The notes beneath the pieces are model-generated. The model did no database searches. It had not been told where the DNA came from and was given only the letters and a program-made list of their open reading frames with translations. From Dudresnaya verticillata (taxonomy: Eukaryota), in assembly GCA_977862235.1 (NCBI GenBank), contig OZ374563.1, positions 558,001-622,000 of the forward strand: a stretch of 64,000 nucleotides of DNA, written 5' to 3'. Shown here piece after piece: positions 46,650 through 59,156 of this stretch. Both the position numbers and the translations under genes were made by a program. Each line of letters begins with the position of its first letter. Within the stretch, counting starts at the first letter, position 1.

Positions 46650-47519
46650 TGTGGTGCAAACGTCCTGGACGAAACACTGCCGAGCAGTTCGGGGCTCGGT
46701 GGGTAGCGACGCCCGTGGCGGGAGTGACCTCGCCTAGGGCGGCTTGTGGTAGAGCGGTTGACACGCCTTGGGCGGACTGTAAACGCCCGAGGCGGAAAGG
46801 GAGAACAAAAGAGAACAATAAGGAAACACGTCAACGACGGTGGTTGATCGTGGAAGCACGGGAGGTAGACGCTTAGGCCGTGGACAGCGGTAGCGGAGGG
46901 TACGCGTGTGCGGAGCGGGGAAGTCTGGACCAAGGCCGGCTTGTCCGGGTTTTACTCCACGTCTCAGACGGATTACCTAATATACTACGTGGGCGGCGGC
47001 GGCGGGCGCGGTGCGCGGGAACTCAGGACGCGTGTCACGCCGTTGAGTGTCTGACACGCCGTCGTCGTCATGCAGCCGCGTGCGCGGGAGCTCAGGAGTA
47101 GCTTACAGGCGTGCATGCGAGTAATGGGTGACTTACAGGCGCATGCGTGTAGAAGTGCGAGTGATCCGGATTCGGATCCAGATCCCTGCCAGCATTGCTG
47201 GCGCGCGGCCATTACAGACGCGTACCTTACATTACTGTGGATCCCGATGCCGGGTCTCGATGTCCGATCCGGATCCGATCCGGATCCGGGCCAAGCTTAC
47301 AGGCGTGTGCCTTTCCCCTTGTCGATCGGGATGATACATCCGGATCTGCACGTACAGTGCGCGGGCGCGCCGCGCCGCGCGGGGTAACGGCGGCCGTACG
47401 CCCGTGGGCCAATCGTCCATGACGTGTTCGCGCGCCAACGGTGGTTGAAGTGCCGTCGGTAGATGTTGCCATATAATACGCTCAAAGCGAAAAAGGGGCA
47501 GCCCCACCCTTGCACCACA
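46650..47519 (-). repeat. Solo gypsy LTR (870 bp)
   Basis: TGTGGTGCAA...TTGCACCACA termini; homologous to 61120-62023; flanks GGACG / GCACG (5-bp TSD with 1 mismatch); no PBS follows. Confidence 0.9.
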
Positions 47520-48354
47520 GCACGAGCTCTGTTATTGGCTGTGCGCTTGGGGATTTGGTAGTGCTGGCAGTGCTGACACCCAGGCGCGAGTGATATGCTG
47601 ACACCCAGGCTCGTATGATATTATAGATATGTGTGGCATACAGTACATAATGGCATACAGTACGTAATTTTTTGTGGCGCACAATCTCCGACGCAGTAGT
47701 CTAGTGGGTGCTTCGTAGGCACAGGTGCACGGAGTGGTGCTGTTGCATCCTGCTGTTTCTGCGCTGCATGCGCGCGCATATATACAGTGCCACCCTGAAT
47801 TGATCAGTACCCCGCTGCCGAATCACTACAATCATTTAAAGTGGTTCTTACAGTGTGATGCGCTGCTACCAGATCCAGCACACAGCACGCCGCCATGCGC
47901 TCGCCAGATACGCAAGGTGCTCTCGGAGATTACCGAGGTCACGAAGGCAATAGTGTAATTGGAAGCAGCTCGCGGCGCTCGCCACCGTATTGTACAAAGG
48001 CCGTCGGTGCTCGCAGCCGTAGAACAAAACGGCAGAACCCAGATCATTGAAGACGTATAGCAGCGTCGACGAACGTCCGTTGCGTGAGCCTTGATAGACA
48101 GCCTTGGCCTTTCTTGCTAATCTGGTAAAAACGTTTTCATTACTCACTTGCTCTACCTTCCTACCTGTGAATAGCGCTGATTGTACAGTATTTACAGCTA
48201 GGCGCACGCTCTAAGCGATTCCTGCGACAATCCGAATTCAGGACTCGCTTTAGTCGTACCGATTTCAACACGAGAGCAAGTTCAAGGGTCGTAGTTGTTA
48301 CGATCGTATCTGTCTCAACTCTACCCAACTTTTCTTCCAACTAGATCCACCACG

Positions 48355-51300
48355 ATGCCTCTTTCTCGTGGACAGATCAAGTCCAAGATGGACCGTCTTT
48401 CGAAGAAGATCAGTATGTCTTCCCTAAAGAATGAGTTCTCCATCTCAATCTTGGACGTGGCCAAGAGTACTATGGAACGTTTTGCCCCGCCATTGACCGA
48501 GGAAGGTGAAGCATCTACGACATCATACGTCGCTCGAGATGCAGAAGACGTGGCTATGTTCATTGCAGACCAACGCCCGCCGCCATCTCAAGTCTTCACG
48601 GATCAGTTCTTCAAGCTACCGTTATTCCCTATGGTTGTACTTCAAGAAATCGTTGATATATTTGGATTTGGCCATCCGACGAGAAACTACGTTCAGACGT
48701 TAGATCTATCACATCAAGAGAAAGATAAACCCCTAAACAGAAATTGAGACCAATCTCACCCAGTATGGTCTAAACCCGCGCTACCTCTCAAGGGGTAGAA
48801 AGTTCAATGACAAGAGAAGTGGGTTCCGCTCGCCTCGACCCGCTTCCGGTTCATTCGATGCGTCCCGTCGCCGCAATGAATGCCATAAATGTGGTGCTCC
48901 GAATTGGCGTCCCGGTCACAGATTTGCCAAGAGAGCAGTCATGGTCATACCAGGGATCGCCTCAAGGGTTGCGAATCGTCGGTACACATCTTTGCTTCGG
49001 TCGAGGATTGGAGGGAGAACTTGGCGACGACGACTCCGCGGACGTTGGCGACCAAACTCTGTGTCAAGAAAAGGCCGCAGTGCTAGCCGAGTTCGATTCT
49101 CACTTTACTGCCGAATCCCAGGAGCCGACCAAGACTGGTTTTACGTATCCTATCGAAGCGGCGGACAAAGAAATCTATCTAAGCAAGTTTTCAGCCTCCT
49201 TTCAGGGACAAGCTTCCGACGAACCGTCGAATTTTTCTATAGACGACGAGGGTTACTATGCTCCATTTCTCGTCGCCGAACTTACTCAAGATGGACTACC
49301 GTCCATCACACTACCAGACCGAGACGTTCTTCAAGACAGAAGGTGTGCAGCTAAGTGCTCATGTCTGATATCCATGTTGGATCTCTGCGGAAAGAAGTTC
49401 GCACGAACAGACCTTTAGGATTCTGTACGGACATTGGAGCCCCCAAGTGTGTCGTTGGTCGTAAGGAGTTGAATCGCATCTTCAATGCACATTGAATGCA
49501 TAGGCGAAAACTGATGCCATCGCGAAATCGTTTCAGTTTCGCTGATGCAGCTTACGAGTCACTTGGAAGAGTGTCTTTACCGCTGATGACTCCTCCCGGT
49601 GTTGCAAACGTTTTCGTTGAAATGGATGTTGTCGAAGCTCGCATACCGGCTTTACTGGGAACGGATGTGCTGGACAATGAGTCTTTAACACCCTTCACCG
49701 TTTCTAATCGTCTCATTTAGCGCATTCCTGTTAAGACGAAGGAAGGAAAGGGTATATTCATTGCCAAATGGCATGTTCCATTAACGCGAGCAAACAGTAA
49801 CCATTTATATGCTCGAATGGAGTCTTCTATCCCAACGTACTTTACAAGAACTCAGATTGCCAGATTGCATCGACAGTTCGTTCATCGGAGTCTACAGAAG
49901 CTCCTTAACCTGATCAAGAAAAGGGGACCGGAAGAAGCCTACCCGGAAACGTTGGAGTTACTTCAAGATATTTCCCGTGGGTGTGACCCTTGCCAGAGGA
50001 TGCAACACGCTCCAGTTCGGTTCCGTGTCAGTCTAGGTGCTCAAGGCGTTCGGTTCAATGAAAGAATAATACTGGATATCATGGCCCTAGAAGGAGACCC
50101 GGTACTGCATATCGTGGATGTTGCTACTAAGTTTGGTGGAGCTGGTTACCTTACCGACACATCCACAGATACCATCTGGAAGATGATCTTCGAGTGTTGG
50201 GCTAGTATCTACACTGGGCTCCCAAACGGAGTCTTAATGGATCAGGTGAGTCAGTTTGGGGAACGGTTCGTCAACGTTGCCCGTGTATCTAATGTTGAAG
50301 TCACGCGCACTGGTATCGAAGCTCGCGCTAACCTAGTCTTGTGAGAACGGTATCATGAGCCCCTCCGCACTACAGTCAGGAAGATCAAGATCGCGACTCC
50401 AGGGGTTGCCAAGCATCTCTCTTTGGCTTGTGCCGCTAAGGCTATGAATGACACACTCGGACCAGAAGGCTGGGTTCTTTTAGGTCTCGTTTTTGGCGAA
50501 TTACAGCAAGTTGTGACGACAGGTGAAACTCGTGGGAATAGGCCGACGCTTGGACAACGCGCTTAACGCGCTGCTGTTGCTCGTCGGGAAGTAAGCAAGA
50601 TAATGGCTGAGTTGAAGCTAAAAAGAGCTTTACACCATGCCATTCCGCCTTCACGCGACCGCAGCTACGAGCCAGGAGACCGCGTCCTCGTACGGAGGGA
50701 GAAGTTGATCCTCAACCGCATTGGCGAATGGGTCGGTCCATTTGAAGTTGATAATGTGGACTACGAGAAGAAGCTGGTGTTTATTCGTGACGTGAAGGTC
50801 GGACCCGCTCGCCAGTTCAACGTCGCTCAATTTAAACCCTACCACAACCCTCAGCGTCTGGCACACACCTTCATTACCAACCATCTGAAGAAAGGTTTCG
50901 ATCAATTCATGTCGCCGGCAGCAGATGATGAAGACGAATGGATCTTTATGACGGACATGCTGGACCCAGATGATGATCTTGCCAAGGGGAAGAAAATGAC
51001 TGAGGCATTGAAGAAGTAGATGAAAAGTTGCTCGAGAGGGGCAAATTCAAGATGATTCTGAAAGAGGAGATACCATCTGACGGTAATGTCTTACCAGGGC
51101 GTTTCATGCATGCCATTAAATCATCTCTAGATGGCAAGGTCAAGTACAAAGCCCGATATGTTATCTGTGGTCATCGGGATAAACGCAAGGACATAATGGT
51201 ACACTCAACCTCTACCCTGCAACCACAGTCCGTCCGGTTGCTACTTGGGCTTGCAGCCATTTTCGGCTTCAATCTGTGGACTGCTGCATCCGCCAAGCAT

Positions 51301-52481
51301 ACCTTCAACCTTCTGAGGCACTTGAGCGTGATGTGTTCATCCGTAACCCTGCTCCAGAGTCCGAACTCACGCAGGATCAATGTTTGAAGTTGCTTCGCCC
51401 ACTTTATGGACTTTGCGATGCGGGTGATCTTTGGCATATCACGTTGGACAAACATCACCGAATAGAGTTGGGAATGAAGCCTTTCAGGATTGATCCGGCT
51501 CTATACTTCCTCATTTCCCATGGAGTGTTGAAGGGAATGAGTGGTAGTTAAGGCGATGAACTGCTCAGATGTGGTGACGACGAGTTCCGCAAACGTTCAC
51601 ACAAGACTAACAAGAGGTTTGAGATGACTGAATAAAGTAAACTGCCTTCTGAGTTTACAGGCTTCGTCATAGACATGAACAAGGATGGTGATATGGTGAT
51701 TGACCATAATGCGTACATACGAAAGCTTGAATGTCTACCGCTGGACGCATCGCTCTCGCACTTACGGTCTATGCGCATGAAACTTGCATAGTTAGCAAAT
51801 TCGAGGCTGGTCTGTTTGTTCGAGACATACCAACTCGCACAAGTTACCGAAGAGAGGTTCCAGGAGTCTAAGGGTGAAATTATGCGACGGCTAGACAAGG
51901 AAGTCACGTATGCTGTTGACAACCGTGTTAGGTTGAAAGTGCCGAAGGTAGATGCAGAAAGTCTACGAGTAGTTGGTTTTTCTGATTCTTCGTTCGCAAA
52001 TAACGTTGACTTAAGTTCCCAGCTAGGACATCTCGTATTCCCTGCAGACGCATCAGATACTGCTGTTCCCATAGCTTTCAAGTCCTACCAGTCTCGTCGG
52101 ATAACCAGGTCTGCGATTTCGGGCAAATTGATTGCCTTTAGTGATAAATTTGACGTTGCAGTCGCACTGTCGCAATAACTGTCTGTATTAATTCAGCATA
52201 ATGTACCAGTACAGTTGTTGACAGACAGCAAGTCGCTGTTTGATGTGATATCGAAAGGCTCTCGCACTTCCGAAAAGCGAACGATGCTGGACATCGCAGC
52301 AGCTCGAGAAGGATTCCGCGCCAGGTTAGTATCCGACATTGGTTTGGTAAGGAGCAACCAAAATATCGCGGACGGTTTGACAAAACGCATGGCTCAAGCA
52401 GTACTTCGGGAAGTGGTCGAATCTGGCCGAGTGAAAATATCCCCAGAGCAGTGGATAGTCAGGTCTGAAGAGATAACTTGA
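48355..52481 (+). mobile_element. Ty1/copia retrotransposon internal region, decayed; LTRs not identified
   Basis: Protease DIGAP; integrase LHRQFVH...CDPC...ILDIM...DQVSQF; RT YKARYVICG...RPLYGLCDAG; RNase H GFSDSSFAN...TDSKSLFD...NIADGLTK. PR-IN-RT-RH order. Confidence 0.92.
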
Positions 52482-52485
52482 ACTT

Positions 52486-53247
52486 TTACGCATTGACAAA
52501 CTCGAACACTTCAGCTACCTCCAACCTTGGGCAATCATCTCCCCCACACATAGCCAGCGTATCAACATTCAGTCGAATTGGATACATTTCCGCAGAATCC
52601 CAGATCAGGCCTTTCTCGGCTTCCATGTAGGTGCAGTGATCCACTCTTGGATCTTTGGTCTGAACTACACGGAAAATCCAGAAGCCTGCCGTGAAGCCGC
52701 CCAAGATCTTTAGTGCATTGCGTGTCTTGTTGCCTTCCGCGGACATCTGCAAGATAGGACCAGTCGTCCGCAAGATGTTCAACTTAAACTTCATAGATCG
52801 CAAGATTGGCCCGACTTGTCCCACCTGTAATCAAAACTTCACCATCACTCCGTAAGCCGTCTGCGATGATTTTGTTCCCCTCATACATTTACCCCCTTGG
52901 ACAATTGCCGCAGGTAAGCAATCGAGCTTGGAGACCTCGGTTGGACCTTTATCTGTAACCATATGCTTCTTCAGCTTCGGGATCGGATCGCGTGCTCCGA
53001 GACCTCCCAGAAACAGTGCTACGCCTGGATGAAGTTTGCAGAACTTCATTATCGTCTTCTGGATGAACAAATCCCGGGATATGGCGCGCCTCGAACTTCT
53101 TGTCACACGCAGAGCAGGAATATGGCAAATCGTCTTCATACTCCCCTGAGTACCAACCTTCATTCCACTCGCAGATTTACTGGGGTTCGTCTGCTGAATT
53201 CTCGCACCAATGTTTTTCTGTGCGGAGACTTTAGTCCTTAATGACAA
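52486..53247 (-). pseudogene. Antisense ORF downstream of copia pol; candidate papain-fold (Cys-His-Asp) domain
   Basis: ORFs 52831-53247 and 52486-52824 are in one frame; LDCLPAAIV...VDHCTY...LIWDS. Confidence 0.5.
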
Positions 53248-54526
53248 CGACCTTGAAGTGTCGAATCGGAACCGAAGTTCCTACATGTTCGGTTTCTGCA
53301 GTTGGTGGTAGTTTTACACTCCACCGGACATCACTGCTGAACCATACCACGTTCCCTTTTTCCAGTTTGAATGGGTTGCAGGATTTCCGTAGACGAGGGC
53401 GTCGATTCCCCAGTCGGCGTTGCACTGCCGTTTCCGTGCGAAGCTGCGTTATTCGTTGTGACCGATGGCATGTCCTCCTCGCTTGACACCCTGGGCTCTG
53501 GGTGAAACACTGGTTTTCCGCGTTACAGAATGTACTTTCAAAAACAGACTGAAATAAAACGTTTCGGAAGTACATGCGTTACAAAGGGGAGCGTCCCCTG
53601 AGCACGTTGGTTCAAACGGAATAGAAAACTAAGTAGTAGTTCGAGAGTTATGTCGGTTTGCGTGCTAAACCGGCAGCGGGTCTGAAAGAATTAATTTTTC
53701 TGTAATTTCTGAGATTTTTAATTCGTATTTTGAGGTAACCTAGGCTACTTCCATGGGCGCTTCACCGCACAGTATACGCTGCCCCAACAGTGCAGAACTA
53801 CTGGTCAGTACAATTTCGCGCACACCCCAGCATGCAGAGTAGCGAAGCACTGCCATGAATTCCCTTCCTGGACTCACTCCGGTGCAACTTAGCGCATTCG
53901 TCAACCGGCAACTGCAAGATAACTCTCTATTTCCATGCACTCTCTGCACTTCCCTAGGATTCAGGACTTGCTCTGCACAGTCGCACTCGCCCGCTACACT
54001 CTCCCTCCTCACCGACACATCGGCTCGTTGTCATCCGCGAGAACACAGACCCCCGCCCAAGTATTCTAATCCCTGTTTCACCAACGTCATATCATGTGCT
54101 GCACAATGCGACGGCATTCATGTAGCGCTCTTCCCAGTGTGTACCGTCCTCTCCGTCGATCTACTGCATGCGGTTTGGACTGGGCTCCGGTACTGAATTT
54201 TGTCCCACGTTGTTGTGAATTCGCCGTGGGCATACTTTTGACCTCGTTCCCCGCTCCGGGCACCTTTTACTTCACTTGTGCGGTTCCCTATACATGTAGC
54301 GAGCTGAAGCTCTCCAGACACCGCGGTCAAACCCACAAACGCCCATTTCTAGCCGTGCACTTGAACTACAGTGCGCTCAACGCCGTCTCCCGTAGTAGTC
54401 CGCACCACGATTCCTTACTTGCGCCCGTTCCCCTCTTCAAGCGCCTGAGAATGATAAACATACACAACCGCTCCCGTACTCACTTTATCTGTAACTAACA
54501 GTCCTCAACTACCTTTACCCTAAACC

Positions 54527-54907
54527 TCAGTCCGCTTCAGACTCTGGATCTTCTTCATCCACCTCCACCGCCCACCACCCTAACATAGCCAGTATTCCCT
54601 CCAGCACCACCTGTTCCGTCTCCCCAACTGCGACGGAATCCGCAATCATGACCCGTGCCCGCCCCACCAAGCCCAGATGAAGCCATATGGCGTCACTGGT
54701 ATGGCGCCTGGCTCGCGCCCGAGCTTCTTCTAGCTCGGCGCGCAGTCTCCGCACCTCCAGCACCAACGCTTCCGGTGCTTCACCCCAACTCTCTCCATCT
54801 AAGTCGTCTCCACCAACCCTCAAACCGACACTGTACCACTCTTTTTTATAGACGGAACCGGGCACCATTCTGAAGTTTAGTTGACCCCGTTTACACCAAC
54901 TCTGCAC
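54527..54907 (-). CDS. Small coiled-coil protein ending EDPESEAD
   Basis: Homologous to 38539-38826; start uncertain. Confidence 0.7.
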   Translation of the reverse strand: MQSWCKRGQLNFRMVPGSVYKKEWYSVGLRVGGDDLDGESWGEAPEALVLEVRRLRAELEEARARARRHTSDAIWLHLGLVGRARVMIADSVAVGETEQVVLEGILAMLGWWAVEVDEEDPESEAD

Positions 54908-54980
54908 ATCTTTTCCCTATTGCGATACCGCTGCAACGTCGGGAATCGTTAGCATGCAAACCGTTCTTGGTCCGTAGTTG

Positions 54981-55814
54981 TTATTCTTTTTTTAGCGGAT
55001 GCGGCGAATCCCAATCGATAGGAGTACCTGGTGGAGGAATGTTCACAATGTGCATCCTTGAGATTCTGCGCTTCTCTTCATGGACTTTGCGAACTGCTGT
55101 CTCATACTGCCGACGTTCTCGTGCTGAAAACTTATCCATGTCTATAAGCAGAGGGTTGGGAGCCATCTCACGCAGCTTCTGCATTCCTCTCTCCCTTGCA
55201 TCCCTGAGGAAGTTACTCAATGCGAAATATTGCTCGCGCCCTTCCACATTGTATTGCCCTTCTTTCCCTATTACATCCGTCATGAAACTCTTGAAGACAG
55301 AACAGTCAAAGAGCTTGATGCCCAGAGTTTCTAGACCGATTATTGCCTTCCCTGCACTGCTGAAGTATATCAATATTCTCTCCAATCTTGCCACTCCGAT
55401 CCGTTTCACGATGTCTTTCGAACACTCCCGGTCCTTGCACAAGTCGGCTACATTCAGGGACTCCATTTTCTGGCCCACTTCCACCATATCAAATGTTACG
55501 TCCTGCAGCTCTGTCAGACATTGACGGTGTACAGCCGGGTTTCTGTGCTCCATTCTGTCATTTTCGATAGTGCCATTCATGTGCCATGCGCGATTCAAGT
55601 TCAATGGCATGCAGTCCTGAGTAACTGAGCCTGAGCCACTTCCGAGACTCGATGAGGGGCGCTTCCTGCTGCAGTAGTCATCGCAACAGCACGGTGGCGG
55701 GCTTTGGTCTTCATTACTTTTTCGTGCCATATACTGCCGTGAGAGATGTCTTACAGGATATATTGTTCCCGCTTCTCTCCACAATGTATATGGGAGAGAG
55801 ACCGAACTCATCAC
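54981..55814 (-). CDS. Hypothetical protein, divergent from the ParB-MTase gene
   Basis: 277-codon open frame with a helical C-terminal half; no motif recognised; start uncertain. Confidence 0.55.
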   Translation of the reverse strand: MMSSVSLPYTLWREAGTIYPVRHLSRQYMARKSNEDQSPPPCCCDDYCSRKRPSSSLGSGSGSVTQDCMPLNLNRAWHMNGTIENDRMEHRNPAVHRQCLTELQDVTFDMVEVGQKMESLNVADLCKDRECSKDIVKRIGVARLERILIYFSSAGKAIIGLETLGIKLFDCSVFKSFMTDVIGKEGQYNVEGREQYFALSNFLRDARERGMQKLREMAPNPLLIDMDKFSARERRQYETAVRKVHEEKRRISRMHIVNIPPPGTPIDWDSPHPLKKE

Positions 55815-56200
55815 ATGAACCTTGGATTCGGATTGCCCACATATTACTTGGCACGCGTATTAGCATACGTTGTTGTCCTACCCCAATTTGATTGACGAGA
55901 ATCAGAATCTCCCGTCCATCACCGTTTCGGTTGCACTCAAACTGTACGGTCGTCCCCAGGGCAGTTAAATGACGTAAAGACACGTATCTTTATTCCGTCG
56001 TTGAAAGAAAGCACACAGGATCTCCATGCGATATATAGTGTGATGCCTGTTTCCAAGGCTTAGACTATAGCGGTAGTCTGTCCGATCAACGCGGGAAAGC
56101 TCACTTTCCACCTTGCACGCCCCTTCCGGGGTTTGAATAAGTTCTTGACTTCGTTCTGCAATCCCTCACGGCCATCTAGGTAATCACCTTCATATTCGGA

Positions 56201-59126
56201 ATGGGTGGTGGGAAGCGAAAGTCGAGAGGTGCTGGACCTAAACAGATTTCTCGATCGACAAAGACCGCAAAAGCTCTATTCGCCGACTTAATAGATGGTT
56301 CCGTCAACACAAGAGTAGACCCCGCTTCCTTTATTCCACTGACGGCCACTCGTACTATTGTGAGGTCTGGAGTGGAGCATTTGAAGGCGCGCTTTGATGT
56401 GTCGAGCCAGTGCAATTGGATATGTTGCTGGTTCTGACGCTCCCATTGTAATTGAAATATCGGGGTCCTTTCGATCTTTGGTAACTGAGCATTTCCAACA
56501 AAAGTTTAAGAAAGACGGAACGTCATTCTCGCAAAAAGAATCCGTGGAAATGTCAAAAAATCGAGCGAAATGGTATGGAGTAGTGGACGGGATGCACAGA
56601 CTTAAAGCTATCGCAGAACTCCGGGAGGAGGATTACGAGACGTGGAAAGCTTTCTCATGGCCTGTTACTGTTCTGAGAGGGAGCCATGAATTGCAGTCAC
56701 TTCGACAATTGGCTCGTCACCAGAATGACAAGCACGATTCTTCATTCTACATCGAGACTACCTTCTTCGATACTCTTCGAGGCCTGAGAGCGGAGGCAGA
56801 TCGTCTCACAGCTAGGAATGGCGGAAAATTCCGAATGCCACGATGATTGCTGAAGCCTATGACGTATGCAACCATTTCAGGGACAATACTGTTAAACAGA
56901 CTGCCCAGACTGTCCTTAGACTTGACCGCGCAGTGATTGACAAAATCGGAAACATTATAAACGAGGAGAGGGATGATTTGGTGTCGATTCGAACTACAAC
57001 TGTGGATCACAAGGACATCAGGAAGATTGTGGACTGTCGATTATACCGAAAGTTCATCAATAAAACATCTCTTAAGTCCGCAACAGTGTTCATGAACGCG
57101 TCGAAAGCACCGGATGGTGTACAAGCACAGATTGCGACTTTATACCGTTTGAGAGAATTGCACCGTTTACACAACTTCAAACCGTTGTCCTACCGGTACA
57201 CTGCGGAACAGTTTCAGAATTCCACCGCCGCTCTTCGCGAGGTTCGTAAGTTTCAAGCTCTCCGGGAAAGTCACGAGCGGCCAGAGTCCATGAAGGTGCT
57301 TCACTCGAACCTTCTCAACACACAGAAGATGGATGATGAGGTTGCGGAGAATATAGGAAATGACAAGGACATTGTGTCATCTATAATGGAATTGTACAGG
57401 GATGTCTGTCCCCAGCAAGCTGCTGTTAAGGAGAAAACGCACGCCGACTTGCTTAAGAGCATTGGCTAAAATAATACAACGCATATTTCAGGACAGTGTC
57501 GAGATAATGCCTCTCTCGAAGGGTCGCACTTGCACTGCGATAGTGCCGAGCACAATGATTGTGGAGATTCCACTCCTTCACCAAAACCTGGGGCACCTGT
57601 TGATAAACAGAATTGCAAGTCTGTCGCCGCGGGATGTGTTGACGGTACTACTAGTTCCGGAACAAACCCTTCAGAACCGCAGGAAAACGAGCAAGAATCA
57701 CCAAATGAGGATGGCAACTTTGGCACAACACATGAAAACGAGAAAGGGACCGCCAATATCCATGCTGGAGACGCCGGGGAGGACACGAATGGCCATCTGG
57801 AAGGGAATGAAAAACATAGACGATCGTCCGCGTCTACCATACAGTCTGAAAAGCTCGAAACATCAGGTACTGAAGAAGTCGATGCACGGAATTCAATGAG
57901 GATCAGTTGCCACACCATGAGGTGGCAGACGTATGACTAGTCCGTTCGAAACGATTCGAGCCCACTGTTCGACCTCGTACTGACGGACCCTCCGTACGGA
58001 ATACCGCCTAGTCGTTCGAATTCTGGTACATCTTACGACAATTATATCAGCGATGGCGAGATTAAGCAATTCATCGAATTCTGTCGAAGGGTCGTTGAAC
58101 CTGGTCACTGGGTTTTCATCTTCTGCAGTTTCATTAACTTCGCAAAGTATAAACGTGCTCTGTTTGATGCTGGGTTCGACTGCCCGGAATATCCCTGCAC
58201 CGTTTGCAAAGATACGGGGACATTGCAGGGACATCGTAATGACTACCCACAGAATGCTATGGAACTAGCCGCGTTTGGTCGCCGACGGGGAACGTGTGGG
58301 GAAACATTCAAGCCTGATCTCTCTAGTCCACTTCACTTCTTGGGAAGCAAAGATCGGCGATAGTTCGCAACCTTCTCAAGTGTTCCAGTATCGAGGCAAA
58401 AGCTGCTAAGCAGGGACCAAATCCCCTGTTCTGGTAGAGGAGAAGAACGTTTTGGCTCTAATGGAGGTCATGACAAATTTCTGTCCCGATGGTGGGTGCG
58501 TTTTGGATGCCTACGGAGGTACCCTGACCACTTGCATTGCAGGTTTGAGAACGGGGCGTGCGACTGTGGGGATCGAGCAGAACTCCGCAACATTCAGATT
58601 GGCATATGATCGTTTGAAGAAAATCGCAGTCGATGTGTGTGATGAAAACCAGCGCCCTTCCACACTCACTGTCCTCAAACGGCAACACCGCGAAACGACT
58701 ACCGATACCGATTCCACTGAGAAGAGACGGAAAGTAGTACGGAATGAGGATAATGTGATAACGCCAACTGTAACAGACCAGCAACCCGCCAAACAGAAAC
58801 GAACTAGTCCGGAGGGCTCAAAATATGATCCTCTGCTGGGTGCTTCGAAGGTAGTCCTACATCAAGACGGAGATAAAGTCATAACAGCATCTGTGCAACG
58901 AAATGCTGAGAGTTACAAAATAACTGAGACTCTTCACGGAGTGTCGTTGTCGAAGGTTGCGAGGGAAGGAGAACATCTCGTCTCTCTTTACGGATTCAGC
59001 GCATTACCTGGATGTGAGTCCCGGAAGTATCTGTATAGTTTCACAGGTCAAGAGGAAGCGCCAGAGACGCTGAGTGGGCTGATGGGGTTCTTTGCATGGG
59101 ATTTGCACAAGTTGGAATCGTCGTAG
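56201..59126 (+). pseudogene. ParB/Srx-like domain fused to a beta-class N6A/N4C DNA methyltransferase (N6_N4_Mtase type)
   Basis: YGVVDGMHRLKAI (VDGMHR 56583-56600); FDLVLTDPPYG (DPPY 57986-57997, not shown in the ORF track); EEKNVLALMEVM; VLDAYGGTLTT...GRATVGIE. About three in-frame stops and three frameshifts. Confidence 0.85.
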
Positions 59127-59156
59127 TACGATATTACGGTTAGAGTAACCTCCGAG

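Noticed and set aside
46400..48300. Sequence hosting the solo LTR, and a possible copia 5' LTR
   Set aside because: No matching second LTR, TIR or recognisable protein motif found.
56201..59126. Bacterial contamination or a restriction-modification operon
   Set aside because: Embedded among eukaryotic LTR elements, decayed like its neighbours, with a long disordered linker; no nuclease or parA partner recognised.
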